A DNA stretch of 64,000 bases from an uncultured Verrucomicrobiae bacterium. GTDB lineage: Bacteria; Verrucomicrobiota; Verrucomicrobiia; Limisphaerales; JAFGQR01. Made by a program: the position numbers and the translations under genes. Position 1 is the first letter of the stretch; each line of letters opens with the position of its first letter. Positions 13,136 through 23,611 of the stretch are shown one piece after another. The notes beneath the pieces were generated by a model, which made no database searches, was not told the DNA's origin, and saw only the letters and a list, made by a program, of their open reading frames with translations. The stretch is from the NCBI GenBank assembly GCA_963788655.1, contig CAWBHS010000080.1, positions 18,213 through 82,212 of the forward strand, given 5' to 3'.

Positions 13136-14290
13136 TCAACCATCATGGACCGAGTCTTGGTTCGCGAACACGTAAACTTGCCGATCAGTCGCCGGCACGA
13201 ACAGATTTCCCCGAGCATGGAATGAAGGCCGGGCCTGAATGGCTCGGGGCGCTTCAAAGATGGGTTGCCCCAATCCGTTCGGCTGAATGCAGTGGATCAT
13301 CCCCAGCGGATCGCCAATAAACACAACTCCACGGTTATCGCACACACCTCCCGCCAGCAAATACTCGCAGCCGGTGGCATAGCGGTAGCGTGTCGAACCA
13401 TCGGGCGCCAAGGCATGAACGAAACCCGCCATGTCCGCCACCACAATGGTGCCGTCGTTCGCGACCGCCGGCGTGGCGCCAACCGCCGCGGAGAATTGGT
13501 ATTTCCACATCAGTTTGGCGCTTGCTGCGGACCAAGCGTGAAGCGCTGCCTCCCGGTCACTGTTGACCACCAAGTAAACGATTTTCCGCCTCGCATCCCA
13601 AACCGGCGCCGCCGCCACCAGCAAACGATTGGCCGGCCGATGTTTCCCCGGCTGTTCGAAGAGGATCGTTTCCTTGCCTTCCGCACTGATGCGGACGCAC
13701 TGCACCCCCTGCGGCCAGACGGTGCGCACGCAATAAACCATTTCATCGTCATCCGCCATGGCACCAGCGGATGGAGAGATTCCAGCGTCCCAGGAATGTG
13801 TTACTTCCCCCGAGCGGGCATCCAGCAGATGGAACCGGCCACCCCAACTACTCAATACGACGGTCTTCTGCCGAGGTAGATACAGCAGATCCGAAAGAAT
13901 GCGCGCATCGCTTTTGGTGGGGATTTCTTTCTTCCAAACCACATTGCCATTGGCCGCGGCCAACGCATAAATCCAACCGGTGTGTGTCCCGACGAACAAG
14001 AGACCGCCGTCAGGATCAATCGCCGGGGTCGCAGAAATGCCTCCTGTCAATCGCTGCTCCCAGATACGCCGGCCATCATCAGTGAACGCCTCCACCCCGC
14101 CGGCCATGTCGGCGACATACGCGCGGCCCTGCGAATCAAAAACCACTGCCGCTTGGACCGCGCCTTGGGCTGGCAATCGCCGGAGAGGTTGGTGGCCCGG
14201 TTGCACTGCGCCGGCAAATAAGCCACGGCGGGAGTTCTCACCGCCACTGGTGGACCATCCGCGCTCAAATTGGGAGTTGGTGTCGGACAT
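13136..14290 (-). CDS. PQQ-binding-like beta-propeller repeat protein
   Basis: Repeats such as ISATPAID...LFVGTHTGWIYAL...GNVVWK and VGATPAVANDGTIVVADMAGFVHAL; ATG (MSDTNS) at 14290. Confidence 0.8.
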   Translation of the reverse strand: MSDTNSQFERGWSTSGGENSRRGLFAGAVQPGHQPLRRLPAQGAVQAAVVFDSQGRAYVADMAGGVEAFTDDGRRIWEQRLTGGISATPAIDPDGGLLFVGTHTGWIYALAAANGNVVWKKEIPTKSDARILSDLLYLPRQKTVVLSSWGGRFHLLDARSGEVTHSWDAGISPSAGAMADDDEMVYCVRTVWPQGVQCVRISAEGKETILFEQPGKHRPANRLLVAAAPVWDARRKIVYLVVNSDREAALHAWSAASAKLMWKYQFSAAVGATPAVANDGTIVVADMAGFVHALAPDGSTRYRYATGCEYLLAGGVCDNRGVVFIGDPLGMIHCIQPNGLGQPIFEAPRAIQARPSFHARGNLFVPATDRQVYVFANQDSVHDG

Positions 14291-14301
14291 GAATTCGGTG
14301 C

Positions 14302-15537
14302 TCACGCATGAATACGCTGGAAGGTTGGTTGGTATTCGAACCGCGCGGACTTGATATCCACTCCGGCCACTTCGAGATTCTGGAGGCGATTTTCCCCGAG
14401 CCCCTTGCGGCGCGCCAGCGCCAGGTAATTGGTGCCGTTGGCAAATGGATGCGTGCGATCCGGAGCTTCGGGATTGAAACCCATCACTGCGGCGGCCACC
14501 GAGTCGGTGCTGACCGCATTGCGCCCCGCCAGCAGCAACCCGGGCCGCGTGACCGACACCATGGAACCATTCCACCAGCCTTCGGCGGTTTGAATCACGC
14601 TGATCGCATCGATCACCACCAAGTCGATGGGAAACGCGGCGTTCAAATCGACGATAAACCGCGGCACATTGAAACCGTGGTCGCCCTCGACTGAGTTGCC
14701 GGTGAAGTAATCCACCGAGGTGAGCGGTTTGCGGGTGCAGGCATGCATCGTCTTGCCCCGGTAATCAACGGCGTTTTCGTCGGGCTCGTTCTTCAAATCA
14801 TCGCCGTAAAGGCTGCTGGGCGGAATGCCGAACAGATTCTTCATCCCCCCGGTGATCCCGCCAGAAACGTGACTTTTCAATTTCGTCAGCGAGATGAGCA
14901 CGTCCGTATCGACATAGCTGCGATTGACCTCCCACGCCGTGGCCAGTTCGGCGCCGGAAGCGACTTTGACCGTGGCATAATTCGCATGCTCCCCTCGGTT
15001 GCGGGTGTTCACGAATCGCGCCCGACCGGCCATCACTGCGTTGAACTTCTTGAGATCAAAGCCGTAGCCCAGGAACGCTTCGGCATCCAATGCCCGGAAT
15101 GGCAACTGATCGCAAAACGTCACGCGCCGCGCGCCGCAATCTACCAGCAAACTGCCCAGCGCCATTGCGACTTGCGGATGCACCGTTACCGTCAGCCACA
15201 AGGGCACCCCGTAAACATCCTCGGCCGACGTGTTCACCAGATTGGTCTTGATGGTCACGTGCTTGTTTTTCACCAACGGACGAATGTCGCCCAAGTCCTC
15301 CAGAAGTTGGGCCAATGTCCGCCGGACTGCGGCAAAGTCATAGCGTTTGCAGAGGCCAATAGCCGACAAGGCGCGCGGGACCGCGATGGAGGGTTCTGCT
15401 GCGGACGCAGTGTCGGACAGCGACTTCGCCAGAGGTAGAAGGGCCGCAACCGCCGTGCCCTTCAGGAAGCTGCGGCGCGATAGCACTCCACCGGGGCACT
15501 TTGGGGCGGCAGCGAAATCAAGTCGGTGCGAATTCAT
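14302..15537 (-). CDS. Tat-exported DUF362 domain protein
   Basis: SRRSFLK Tat motif; VTIKTNLV, TVHPQV, LTKLKSH, GGMKNLFG, VSTDSVAAAVMG. Confidence 0.85.
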   Translation of the reverse strand: MNSHRLDFAAAPKCPGGVLSRRSFLKGTAVAALLPLAKSLSDTASAAEPSIAVPRALSAIGLCKRYDFAAVRRTLAQLLEDLGDIRPLVKNKHVTIKTNLVNTSAEDVYGVPLWLTVTVHPQVAMALGSLLVDCGARRVTFCDQLPFRALDAEAFLGYGFDLKKFNAVMAGRARFVNTRNRGEHANYATVKVASGAELATAWEVNRSYVDTDVLISLTKLKSHVSGGITGGMKNLFGIPPSSLYGDDLKNEPDENAVDYRGKTMHACTRKPLTSVDYFTGNSVEGDHGFNVPRFIVDLNAAFPIDLVVIDAISVIQTAEGWWNGSMVSVTRPGLLLAGRNAVSTDSVAAAVMGFNPEAPDRTHPFANGTNYLALARRKGLGENRLQNLEVAGVDIKSARFEYQPTFQRIHA

Positions 15538-15835
15538 GGTTCATTTACACGTCAGGCCAATTTACTACGGAAACAAGTTACGCCATACGCGCATTTAGCA
15601 AAGGCCGAATGCATGGCCTCCGCGCGAACGAATACTTCACGATTCGTTTACAATACCGGCGGCTACCGCGGTTGGTGGCTGCGCGGGCGTGTTGTTCACC
15701 CCGGCAGGGTTCGACGGAGTTCCGCCCTGCCTTGCCAGCCCTGTGGGCTACGCTGTCCTGCGCAAAAAAGCTCACTTCGACTGCTTCAGCAAAATCTTGC
15801 GCCCCAGCTTTGCATGCCCAACACTCAGGCGACTT

Positions 15836-16771
15836 ATGAACCACCAATCCAACCTCTCACGCCGAACGTTTCTGACTCGCACTGCTTTGGCGTCCTCCGC
15901 CGCTGCGCTGTGGCCCGGCAGCCTGTTTTCCAGCTTGGCAGCGGAGGCGTTCAATCCACCCGTCGCCGTCTTCAGCAAGGTCTATCAGGAATTGAAATTG
16001 GACTTCGAAGCGGGCGCTGCCGTAACGGCCCAAGCTGGACTGGATGGGATCGATTGTCCGGTTCGTCCGGGGGGAGAAATTCTGCCCGAACGCGCCGCGG
16101 ACGATATGCCCCGTTACGCCGAGGCTCTGCGTCGGCACCAGGTTCGCATGCTGCTGATCACCACCGGCATTCTCGAAGTATCCTCGCCGCACGCGGAAGC
16201 CATTCTGCGCACTGCCAAACAACTGGGGGTCCAATATTACCGGCTGGGGTCTTCACGTCACGCAACTGGCAAGCCGCTGGCACCACAACTCGCGGATGTG
16301 AAAGCCAAGCTCAAAGACCTGGCCGCCCTCAACCGCGAATTGGGAGTGTGTGCGCTGTTCCAGAATCATTCTCCCGGCCGGCAACAATATTTTGGCGGTG
16401 AGCTGAACGAACTGTATGAGCTGGTCAACGATTTCAATCCGGACCAGATTGGCGTTGCGTTTGATCTCGGGCACGCCCTCATCGTCCACGGAGACGAATG
16501 GACCACGCACTTCGAGCGGCTCAAGCCGCATCTCCAGGTGGCCTACATCAAGGATGTCAAATTGCCCAGGAGCTTCGTGCCGTTTGGCGAGGGCGAATTC
16601 AAAAACACGGATTACTTCACGCGCCTGAAAAAGATGGGTTATCGCCATCCGTTCTCATTGCACATCGAATTTGAATGGGCGGGCGAAGGCAAGCCCAAGA
16701 CCCGGGCCGGGCTGGTGAAGACGCTGCGGGATAATCTCCAAGTGTTGAAGCAATGGGTGGCCAAGGCATAG
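15836..16771 (+). CDS. Tat-exported sugar phosphate isomerase/epimerase (xylose isomerase-like TIM barrel)
   Basis: SRRTFL Tat motif; FSK, DCPVRPGG, QNHS, FDLGHA, YIKD, SLHIE. Confidence 0.85.
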   Translation: MNHQSNLSRRTFLTRTALASSAAALWPGSLFSSLAAEAFNPPVAVFSKVYQELKLDFEAGAAVTAQAGLDGIDCPVRPGGEILPERAADDMPRYAEALRRHQVRMLLITTGILEVSSPHAEAILRTAKQLGVQYYRLGSSRHATGKPLAPQLADVKAKLKDLAALNRELGVCALFQNHSPGRQQYFGGELNELYELVNDFNPDQIGVAFDLGHALIVHGDEWTTHFERLKPHLQVAYIKDVKLPRSFVPFGEGEFKNTDYFTRLKKMGYRHPFSLHIEFEWAGEGKPKTRAGLVKTLRDNLQVLKQWVAKA

Positions 16772-16780
16772 ACGGATTCC

Positions 16781-18200
16781 ATGAACCACCAGCCCACCTC
16801 CGAATCCCACGGCAGTCCGGCTTACCTGACCGCTATATGCTTGATTGCTGCCTTGGGCGGATTGCTCTTTGGCTACGACACCGCGGTCATTGCCGGCGCA
16901 ATTGGATTTTTGAAAACGCACTTTCAACTCAGTGCCGCGATGGAGGGCTGGGCGGCTTCCTGCACGCTGCTGGGTTGTATTCTGGGCGTGTCCATCGCGG
17001 GGGTGTTCAGCGATTGGCTCGGCCGCAAGAAGACGCTGGTTTTGGCCGGCGGGCTCTTTCTCGTTTCCGCGGTGGGCACCGCCCTGCCGCAAGCGCTTTG
17101 GCAGTTTGTGACGTTTCGCATTCTGGCGGGGGTCGGCGTCGGCGTGGCGTCCCTGGCTTCGCCAATGTATATCGCGGAAGTCACCCCGGCGCGCATTCGA
17201 GGCCGAATGGTGTCGGTGAACCAGTTCGCGATCATCTCGGGAATGCTGGTCGTCTATTTCGTCAATTATTTCATCGCCCGCCACGGTACTGGGGAATGGA
17301 ACGTCACCACCGGCTGGCGCTGGATGTTCGCCTCCGGAATCCTGCCGTCGGCCCTGTTTCTGGCCTTACTGGTTTTGGCTCCGGAAAGCCCGCGCTGGCT
17401 CATCAAACAGAACCGGACCGAGCAGGCCCTGGCGATTCTCAGCCCGGGTGGACGGCTCCCGTTTTGCCCAAAACGAAGCCGTGGCTATCCGCGAGAGCAC
17501 GGCGGATGATCGCAATCCCATGGCACGTGGATTCCCGTCACGAATGCTCCCCGTTTTTGTTATTGGGGTAGCCTTGGCCATCCTGCAGCAAGTCACCGGG
17601 ATCAATGTCTTTCTCTACTACGCCCCGACCATCTTCGAGAGACTGGGCACGGGCGTGAACGGTGCGTTGCTGGCGCAAGTGGCGGTAGGCGTCGTCATGT
17701 TGGTGTTTACCGTCGTGGCGATTTGGACGGTGGATCACCTCGGGCGCAAACCGTTGATGATAGCCGGGGCGGCGGGTATGGGCGCGTTTCTCCTGGCCAT
17801 GGGAGTGGCCATGCAGGTGCAGGTCGCCACCGCCACGTTACCGATCATTCTCATTCTGGGATACATCGCGTGCTTTGCCTTGTCGGTTGGGCCGGTGACC
17901 TGGGTCATTCTGACCGAGATTTTTCCGACGAGTATTCGCGGACGCGCCCTCTCGATTGCGACCTTCGGCCTGTGGGCGGCGAACTATGTCGTCTCCCAAA
18001 CCTTTCCCATGATGCGCGATGATCCCGTGCTGATCGAGCGCTTCCACCACGGGTTTCCCTTTTATATTTACGGCGCCTTTTGCGTCGTGCTGGTGTTGGT
18101 GGTCTGGTTCGGCGTGCCGGAAACCAAAGGCAAATCGCTCGAGGAAATCGAGGCGTTTTGGAGTCGGGGCGTGCGTCCAGCGCCAGCGGTTTTGCCGTAA
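16781..18200 (+). CDS. Sugar porter family MFS transporter (XylE/GalP-like); frameshift near 17445
   Basis: GGLLFGYDTAVI, DWLGRKK, PMYIAEVTP, PESPRWL, QQVTGINVFLYY, EIFPTSIRG, PETKGKSLEEI. Confidence 0.93.
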
Positions 18201-18329
18201 TAAAAGGAGGCCGGGCTAACAATGTTTAAGGTTGTTCCTGCGTTCGTCGCAAGCCTGACAAACCAACCGCGGTTAGCACGGTTTGACGTTTTTCACCGAT
18301 CCGAAAATCCCAGCGGGCCGGACGCCCCC

Positions 18330-18446
18330 AGCGTGCTGCCGGCGTCCCGCCGGCAGAAACGGATGCCAACGCAGTGCGCGAACGACCGGGGGCTACGATT
18401 CGGAGCGGGCCGTTCCAAACTGCCGGCAAGATGCCGGCAGCACGTT
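18330..18446. repeat. Palindromic doublet, family C (CGTGCTGCCGGC...CTGCCGGCAAGATGCCGGCAGCACG); other copies at 34634-34770, 37603-37966, 62977-63094
   Basis: Terminal inverted arms read directly; located between convergent genes. Confidence 0.85.
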
Positions 18447-18531
18447 TGAGGCGTTGGCGCAACGAACCGAACACTGCTCCCAACATGGCTCCAGCCATCC
18501 CCCCACGGCCACCGGAAAGAAAACGTGCAGA

Positions 18532-19008
18532 TCAAGGATTTTTGAGGATCTTCTGTTTCGCGGCTTCGTACTCCTGGTCGTTGATGATGCCGTCCTGGTG
18601 CAATTGGTGGAGACGCCGCAACCGTTCGTCGAACGGAAGTTGTTCTTTGGGCGGTTCGCCGCCGAAGTTAATGCCCGCTTCATCCAGGGCATCTTTGACT
18701 ACGCCGCCGGTCATCCGCGACCAGGGTTCAACGTCTTTGCGGGTTTCCTCCGGATCGAGCTTGATCCCAGAGCCGGCCACGCCCATGCGGCCGACGCGCA
18801 TCAGGATGCCACCGCCAATCATCAGCCCCATGCCGATGATCGCTCGCGCGGCCATCGAACGGGTGCGCTGTTGGAATTCGCTGAAGTCGCCGAAATGCAG
18901 GGCGCCCGAAATAAAGACGGAGCCAAATGACAGGAATCCGATCACGGCCAGAGCCATGCCCAAGTAATAAGTGCCTTTTCGTTCAGGCGATATTTGTCTT
19001 CGAATCAT
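18532..19008 (-). CDS. Two-TM membrane protein with C-terminal SHOCT domain
   Basis: Two hydrophobic segments; ERLRRLHQLHQDGIINDQEYEAAKQKIL fits the SHOCT pattern. Confidence 0.8.
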   Translation of the reverse strand: MIRRQISPERKGTYYLGMALAVIGFLSFGSVFISGALHFGDFSEFQQRTRSMAARAIIGMGLMIGGGILMRVGRMGVAGSGIKLDPEETRKDVEPWSRMTGGVVKDALDEAGINFGGEPPKEQLPFDERLRRLHQLHQDGIINDQEYEAAKQKILKNP

Positions 19009-19069
19009 ACGCTTCAATAAGCCAACACCGGCTCAAACTGGTTTGTTGCCAGGAACAGTCAAGCCGCCC

Positions 19070-19185
19070 GTAGGACAGCCGTCCCGGTTGTCCCGAACTT
19101 CCAAAGCGGCCCCGTTAGTCAACGCACGTGTTGCGAAAAGCCAACGCATTCAAGCCATCCTGGACAGGCGAGACGCCTGTCCTAC
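19070..19185. repeat. Family A REP doublet overlapping the stop codon of the SBP lipoprotein gene
   Basis: GTAGGACAGCCGTCCCGGTTGTCC...GGACAGGCGAGACGCCTGTCCTAC; CTA at 19182-19184 is the TAG stop on the minus strand. Confidence 0.85.
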
Positions 19186-20276
19186 TTTTCTTGTACCATC
19201 TTGATGTAAGTCGGATCAAATCGCAGGGCGGCGTCTGCTGCTGCCGCTTTGGCGCCATAGCCGACTTTGGGTGCCGAACCAGTGATCTCGTGGCTGACAC
19301 AGAAGGTCACGACTTTCTTCATGATGTTGGGTAGTTCGGGACCGGTCAGCACCGCCAGGCCGTCCTTCGGCGTGCTGTAGAACTTGGTTTGCTGCACGAC
19401 CTTTTTCATGGACGCCAGGTCGAGATGGGAGAATTTTTCGCCCAACGCTACGAGGGTCTTATCCGCGGTCGCCGGTGCGGCCAGGCGCTGGCAGAGTGTG
19501 TAGTACGTGTCGATCACGGCGCAGGCAAAATTCTCGCCGCCGGGCTTGTTCAGGGAATCCTGGGCGACGACGACACAATCAATGATTTCGTTCGGGATCT
19601 TGGTTGAGTCGAACAGCACTTTAACGTCGGGACGTTTGTTGAGCGTATCCAGCACAAACGGATTCCAGACGACAATGGCTTCAATGTCCTTATCCTTTTG
19701 TTGCATCGCCATGGCGGCGGCGGCGGGGTCCATGTTGCTGAACTGGTAATCGGATTCTTTCTCCCCCAGGATTTCCAGGTTCCGCACGAAGCAGTATTCG
19801 GAAACACTCTTCGCCAGGCCATGGACCTTCTTGCCCTTGAGCTGCTTCACGTCTGTGACGGTGTTCGGCACCAGGCAGGCATCCGCACCGTAACTGGTGG
19901 AGGTGGGCAGGATGACGACCGACGGCCGGGTGAGCGCCGGATTGAGCGCGTCCATGTCGGTGATGCACACCGCGTCGCACTGGGCGGCGCCATACATCGA
20001 GATGCACGGATCATACTCGGCCTCCTTGAGCACGATATCGACGTTCCACTTCTTTTCGATGGGCCCAAGCTGGCCTTCGCGGCCATCGATGAGTTGATCG
20101 ACATGCGCCACGCCGAACGTGCTCCAGGAGGGATACTCACTCCAGGCCAGCGAGAAACTGGGAGCGTTCCCCGCCGGCGTGGACGAGCCGGTTTCTTGTT
20201 TGCTGCAGCCGGTGAAAGCCAGGCCGGCCAGGGCCAGCGTGACGAACGAAGCGATGAATGAACTTGTTTTTTTCAT
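19182..20276 (-). CDS. Periplasmic binding protein type II (NMT1/SsuA/urea-like) lipoprotein
   Basis: Lipobox FTG-C; LAWSEYPSW, STSYGADA, AIVVWNPF, FDSTKIPNEIIDCVVV. Confidence 0.8.
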   Translation of the reverse strand: MKKTSSFIASFVTLALAGLAFTGCSKQETGSSTPAGNAPSFSLAWSEYPSWSTFGVAHVDQLIDGREGQLGPIEKKWNVDIVLKEAEYDPCISMYGAAQCDAVCITDMDALNPALTRPSVVILPTSTSYGADACLVPNTVTDVKQLKGKKVHGLAKSVSEYCFVRNLEILGEKESDYQFSNMDPAAAAMAMQQKDKDIEAIVVWNPFVLDTLNKRPDVKVLFDSTKIPNEIIDCVVVAQDSLNKPGGENFACAVIDTYYTLCQRLAAPATADKTLVALGEKFSHLDLASMKKVVQQTKFYSTPKDGLAVLTGPELPNIMKKVVTFCVSHEITGSAPKVGYGAKAAAADAALRFDPTYIKMVQEK

Positions 20277-20302
20277 GGGATCAAATGTTTGGGTGTTGGC
20301 GT

Positions 20303-21133
20303 TTATTCCGGCAGTGCGGAACTCTTGTCCGGTGAAGCTGGCTGCGCCGGGGTTTGGGATTCGGCTTGTTGGGCCAGGCCGATCAATTGATCAAATTCAT
20401 TCGAGGCCTGGCTCTTGCGGGCGTATTCGAGAAACTCGGCTTCCTGCGCCTTGGTGTCCGTGCCGGCCATTTCCTTGGAGACGCGGGCTTCGGCGTGAAT
20501 CTCCTGGCGCAATTGCCGCAACTGCTGGAGTTCCTCCGCCGAACCATCCTGGGCAATGCCGGACAAGGTGTCGGCCAGGTCGCGTTCCTGCTTGGCGGTG
20601 ATGATGTCGGCCACGGCGTCAGCCGCCTCGGATTTGATTTTATCAACGTCGCGCAAGAGTTGCTGCAACTGCACCTTGTGATTCGCAATGGTCTTGGCGT
20701 ATTCGTTGATGTCCTTTTCGAGGCTGCCGATGTGGTCTTGTTTCTCGGACAAGGTCGAAGAGAAGTCGTTGTAGGCTGCGAGGCATTTCTTGTAGTCCTC
20801 GGTCTGGTGGATCGCCTCCAGGCTCTTGCCGGTCTTCTGCAGATCGACCACGGTTTGTTTGGCTTTGGCCAGCGCGCCGGCTTTCAGGCGCTCCAGGTTG
20901 TTGACCTCTTCGGTCAGGGCTTTGACCTTGGCCATCTTGTTTTCCTGCTGGGCAATCAAGCCGGCGACCGCTTGTTTGTAGGTTTGGATTTGCGTGATCT
21001 TGTCCCGGATGATCGCGTCGTATTTGGCGCGAATGACATGCGGATTGGTGTCGAGCACGCGCCGGGCGGAATCAATCTGACCGGTCAGCATGTATCCAAT
21101 GGCTTTGACCCAACGAGCTAGAGCGCGAAACAT
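20303..21133 (-). CDS. PspA/IM30-like coiled-coil protein
   Basis: Amphipathic N-terminus MFRALARWVKAIG, NP kink, about 270 aa of continuous heptad-rich helix, acidic helical C-terminus. Confidence 0.7.
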   Translation of the reverse strand: MFRALARWVKAIGYMLTGQIDSARRVLDTNPHVIRAKYDAIIRDKITQIQTYKQAVAGLIAQQENKMAKVKALTEEVNNLERLKAGALAKAKQTVVDLQKTGKSLEAIHQTEDYKKCLAAYNDFSSTLSEKQDHIGSLEKDINEYAKTIANHKVQLQQLLRDVDKIKSEAADAVADIITAKQERDLADTLSGIAQDGSAEELQQLRQLRQEIHAEARVSKEMAGTDTKAQEAEFLEYARKSQASNEFDQLIGLAQQAESQTPAQPASPDKSSALPE

Positions 21134-21143
21134 AGGTATTCCT

Positions 21144-21917
21144 TCAGGTTTGGGGTTTATCGATGATCGGTGGTAGTTGCGACATCACGGAGGTTTCTTT
21201 TACAAAATTATTGACCCGCGCTTCAACTGCTTTAGCAACGGCCAGACTCTGGTCCAGTTCGTCGCGGAGCTGCGTCAACTGGGCGTTGGCGCTTTCTCCG
21301 GCACCCATGCGTTGCAACGCCACCAGGGTATCGCTCAATTGCTTGATGCTGCCCTGCACGTCGGCAATGAGTTTTTCGCGCTGCTCGATAATCGGCTGGC
21401 GCGCCGCCGGGGTGTGCAGTTGCTGGGCGATCTGCCACAATTGATCGGTTTGTTTCAACGAATCGACGCATTGGTCAAACAATAGTCCAGTGCGGGACTG
21501 GATTTCGATCGCGTTGCCGGTATTGAACCGCAAATCGTGGTCGGCGTAATCGGCAAAAGCCTGCACCAATGCCCGCATGTCGCGCAAGGCGGTTTCGGGA
21601 CGCGGATCCTGGTCGGCAACGGTGAGGCGGCGGTCCAGTTGGTCGAGGGCTTGTTGCCGCTCTTTTTGTTTGGACTCCTCAGCTTCGCGCAGAACCCGTT
21701 CGGCCACCTTGTCGCCGCGAACGAGCAAGCGCGTGACGAAGGTCCCGGCGGCTACCAACACGCCCGCCAACCCGGCGAACAACCCGATGCCCGGCTGCCA
21801 TTCCAAAGCCCAACTGGCGGTCAGCGTCGTCATGCCCAGCAGAAACGGAAGCACCGTGCCGGGACTGCCCAGCAGGCGCAGGAAGACTTTTCGTTTGAGT
21901 GTCGGTTCGTCCAGCAT
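21144..21917 (-). CDS. Two-TM protein with helical-bundle/coiled-coil body (XpaC-like topology), uncharacterised
   Basis: Two N-terminal hydrophobic helices followed by long charged heptad segments. Confidence 0.6.
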   Translation of the reverse strand: MLDEPTLKRKVFLRLLGSPGTVLPFLLGMTTLTASWALEWQPGIGLFAGLAGVLVAAGTFVTRLLVRGDKVAERVLREAEESKQKERQQALDQLDRRLTVADQDPRPETALRDMRALVQAFADYADHDLRFNTGNAIEIQSRTGLLFDQCVDSLKQTDQLWQIAQQLHTPAARQPIIEQREKLIADVQGSIKQLSDTLVALQRMGAGESANAQLTQLRDELDQSLAVAKAVEARVNNFVKETSVMSQLPPIIDKPQT

Positions 21918-22033
21918 GGCTGGTTACGGGTCAGGGAGTATGGGCTAAGAGCATGCGCGTGAACAGCAAACAATGGGCTGAGCGGAATGGCATAAGGCAT
22001 AAGGCAAATGGCAAAGGTCATAGGTGCTGAAAC

Positions 22034-23611
22034 TCAATACGGCACTTGCCCGACCACGAACAATACCGACTGCGCTTCGCCGCCGGCCACGGTGCTCGGG
22101 GCGGCTTCGGTGCGGATGCGGTCCGCTGATAATCCTTGCCCGATCAGGTATTGCGCCGCAGCGTCCGCGCGGGCCTGGGCCAACTGGCGATTGGCCTCGG
22201 GATCGCCTTCGGCGCGGGCCTGCCCGATCACCCGCAGATAGAATTCCGGAAAGGACTGCAACCGTTTGCTCAACGCTTGCAAGTCGCGCTCGCTTTGGTC
22301 GCTCAGTTTGGCGGAAGCGCGTTGAAAAGTGATGGGCTCGACGCGCAATTCCCCGACCGGACGCAGGCTGCTCCATTGCTGCGGCGTCAACGGCCCCAGC
22401 GCCCTGTCCGTATGCACCTGTTCCTGGTCGCCGATGTTGCCCACGCCGGGAATGAGGTTCAGGCCCTTTCCCGGATGAAAATTGGCGGCTTTCATTTCCG
22501 CCAGGATTTGGCTGTAAAAGAGGGTAGTGTGCTGGCCATTTAACGGATCACTGGGCAATGCCTGCGTCTTCACCAGCACGTCGATGATATTGCCGATAAT
22601 GTCCTCCAAGTGCTGCTGGTCGTTGGCCGCCGCGTCCTGGGCGAGGCCAAAATGGGCGTAGTTTTCCAACGTGTTTTTCCATTGAATCCCTTTTACGACC
22701 TGCCGGGCTTGGGTTTCGTCCAGGGCATCGGCTCCGGCGCCACCCGCGTCGGCGCGCACAAGTTTGACCAGACCGTCGGGCGATTGGCTGTAAGCGTACG
22801 CCGCGCGGCAGTGCGCTTCCACCACGGCCTTGACGAGGTCCGGATGATCGCGCAGGAATTGTCGTTCCGCCACGAGCACGTCCACGATGAAGCCTTTGAG
22901 TTTGGAACTGTCTATGAGCACCTGGGCGTCCGGAATTTGAAGGGCCTTGGACACATACGGCTCCCATAGCACGTAGGCCCGTTTCTCGGCGGGATTGGCG
23001 GAACGGAATTGGTTGTAAACGTCCCGCGCCCCATCCGCTTTCACCCACCATTGGTCCGGCAGCCGGGGCAGGTTGAAATGGGCAAGCACCACCCGCGCGA
23101 GGAATTCGCTGGGCGAATTCGGCGTGAGCACCAGCCGCGCCGCCGGATCATTCAAATCCTGCAGGCTGGCCACGGCGGTTTTGCGGGAGACAATGGCGTC
23201 ACCGCCCTTCGTTTCGTCGATCACCAGCACAATGCTGCCGGGGAATTCGCCGGCCTTGGCCCCCGACGTGATCAGCGAATCAACGGTAAAGACCGCCATC
23301 TGCACCTTGCCGGATTGGAGAGCTTTCACGCGGGCCGAGTAATCGCCGCTGTCATCCTGGAAGTTCAACTTGATCTGTTGGGTCTTGAGATCCTGCCGGA
23401 CCGCGTCCGAACGCAGAATGGCGTAGCCCGAGAAGGAATCCACCGCGACCGTGATTTCATGTTGGTATTGGCTGGTGGAAGCGGTCTGGCGTTTCAGCTT
23501 TTCGGAGAGATACGGATGGATCAGCAGTTTATAGCCCACCCCCAGCGCCGCCAAAATGACGCACCATATCACTGCCGCCATCAGGCATCCTTTGGCGCGG
23601 CGTTCACTCAT
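22034..23611 (-). CDS. Membrane-anchored PBP-II substrate-binding domain fused to a C-terminal OmpA-like domain
   Basis: N-terminal TM; DSFSGY, DETKGGDAIV, VLWEPYVSKA, IVDVLVA; ITFQRASAKLS...ANRQLAQARADAAAQYLIGQGLSADRI; ATGA overlap with the vWA stop. Confidence 0.85.
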   Translation of the reverse strand: MSERRAKGCLMAAVIWCVILAALGVGYKLLIHPYLSEKLKRQTASTSQYQHEITVAVDSFSGYAILRSDAVRQDLKTQQIKLNFQDDSGDYSARVKALQSGKVQMAVFTVDSLITSGAKAGEFPGSIVLVIDETKGGDAIVSRKTAVASLQDLNDPAARLVLTPNSPSEFLARVVLAHFNLPRLPDQWWVKADGARDVYNQFRSANPAEKRAYVLWEPYVSKALQIPDAQVLIDSSKLKGFIVDVLVAERQFLRDHPDLVKAVVEAHCRAAYAYSQSPDGLVKLVRADAGGAGADALDETQARQVVKGIQWKNTLENYAHFGLAQDAAANDQQHLEDIIGNIIDVLVKTQALPSDPLNGQHTTLFYSQILAEMKAANFHPGKGLNLIPGVGNIGDQEQVHTDRALGPLTPQQWSSLRPVGELRVEPITFQRASAKLSDQSERDLQALSKRLQSFPEFYLRVIGQARAEGDPEANRQLAQARADAAAQYLIGQGLSADRIRTEAAPSTVAGGEAQSVLFVVGQVPY

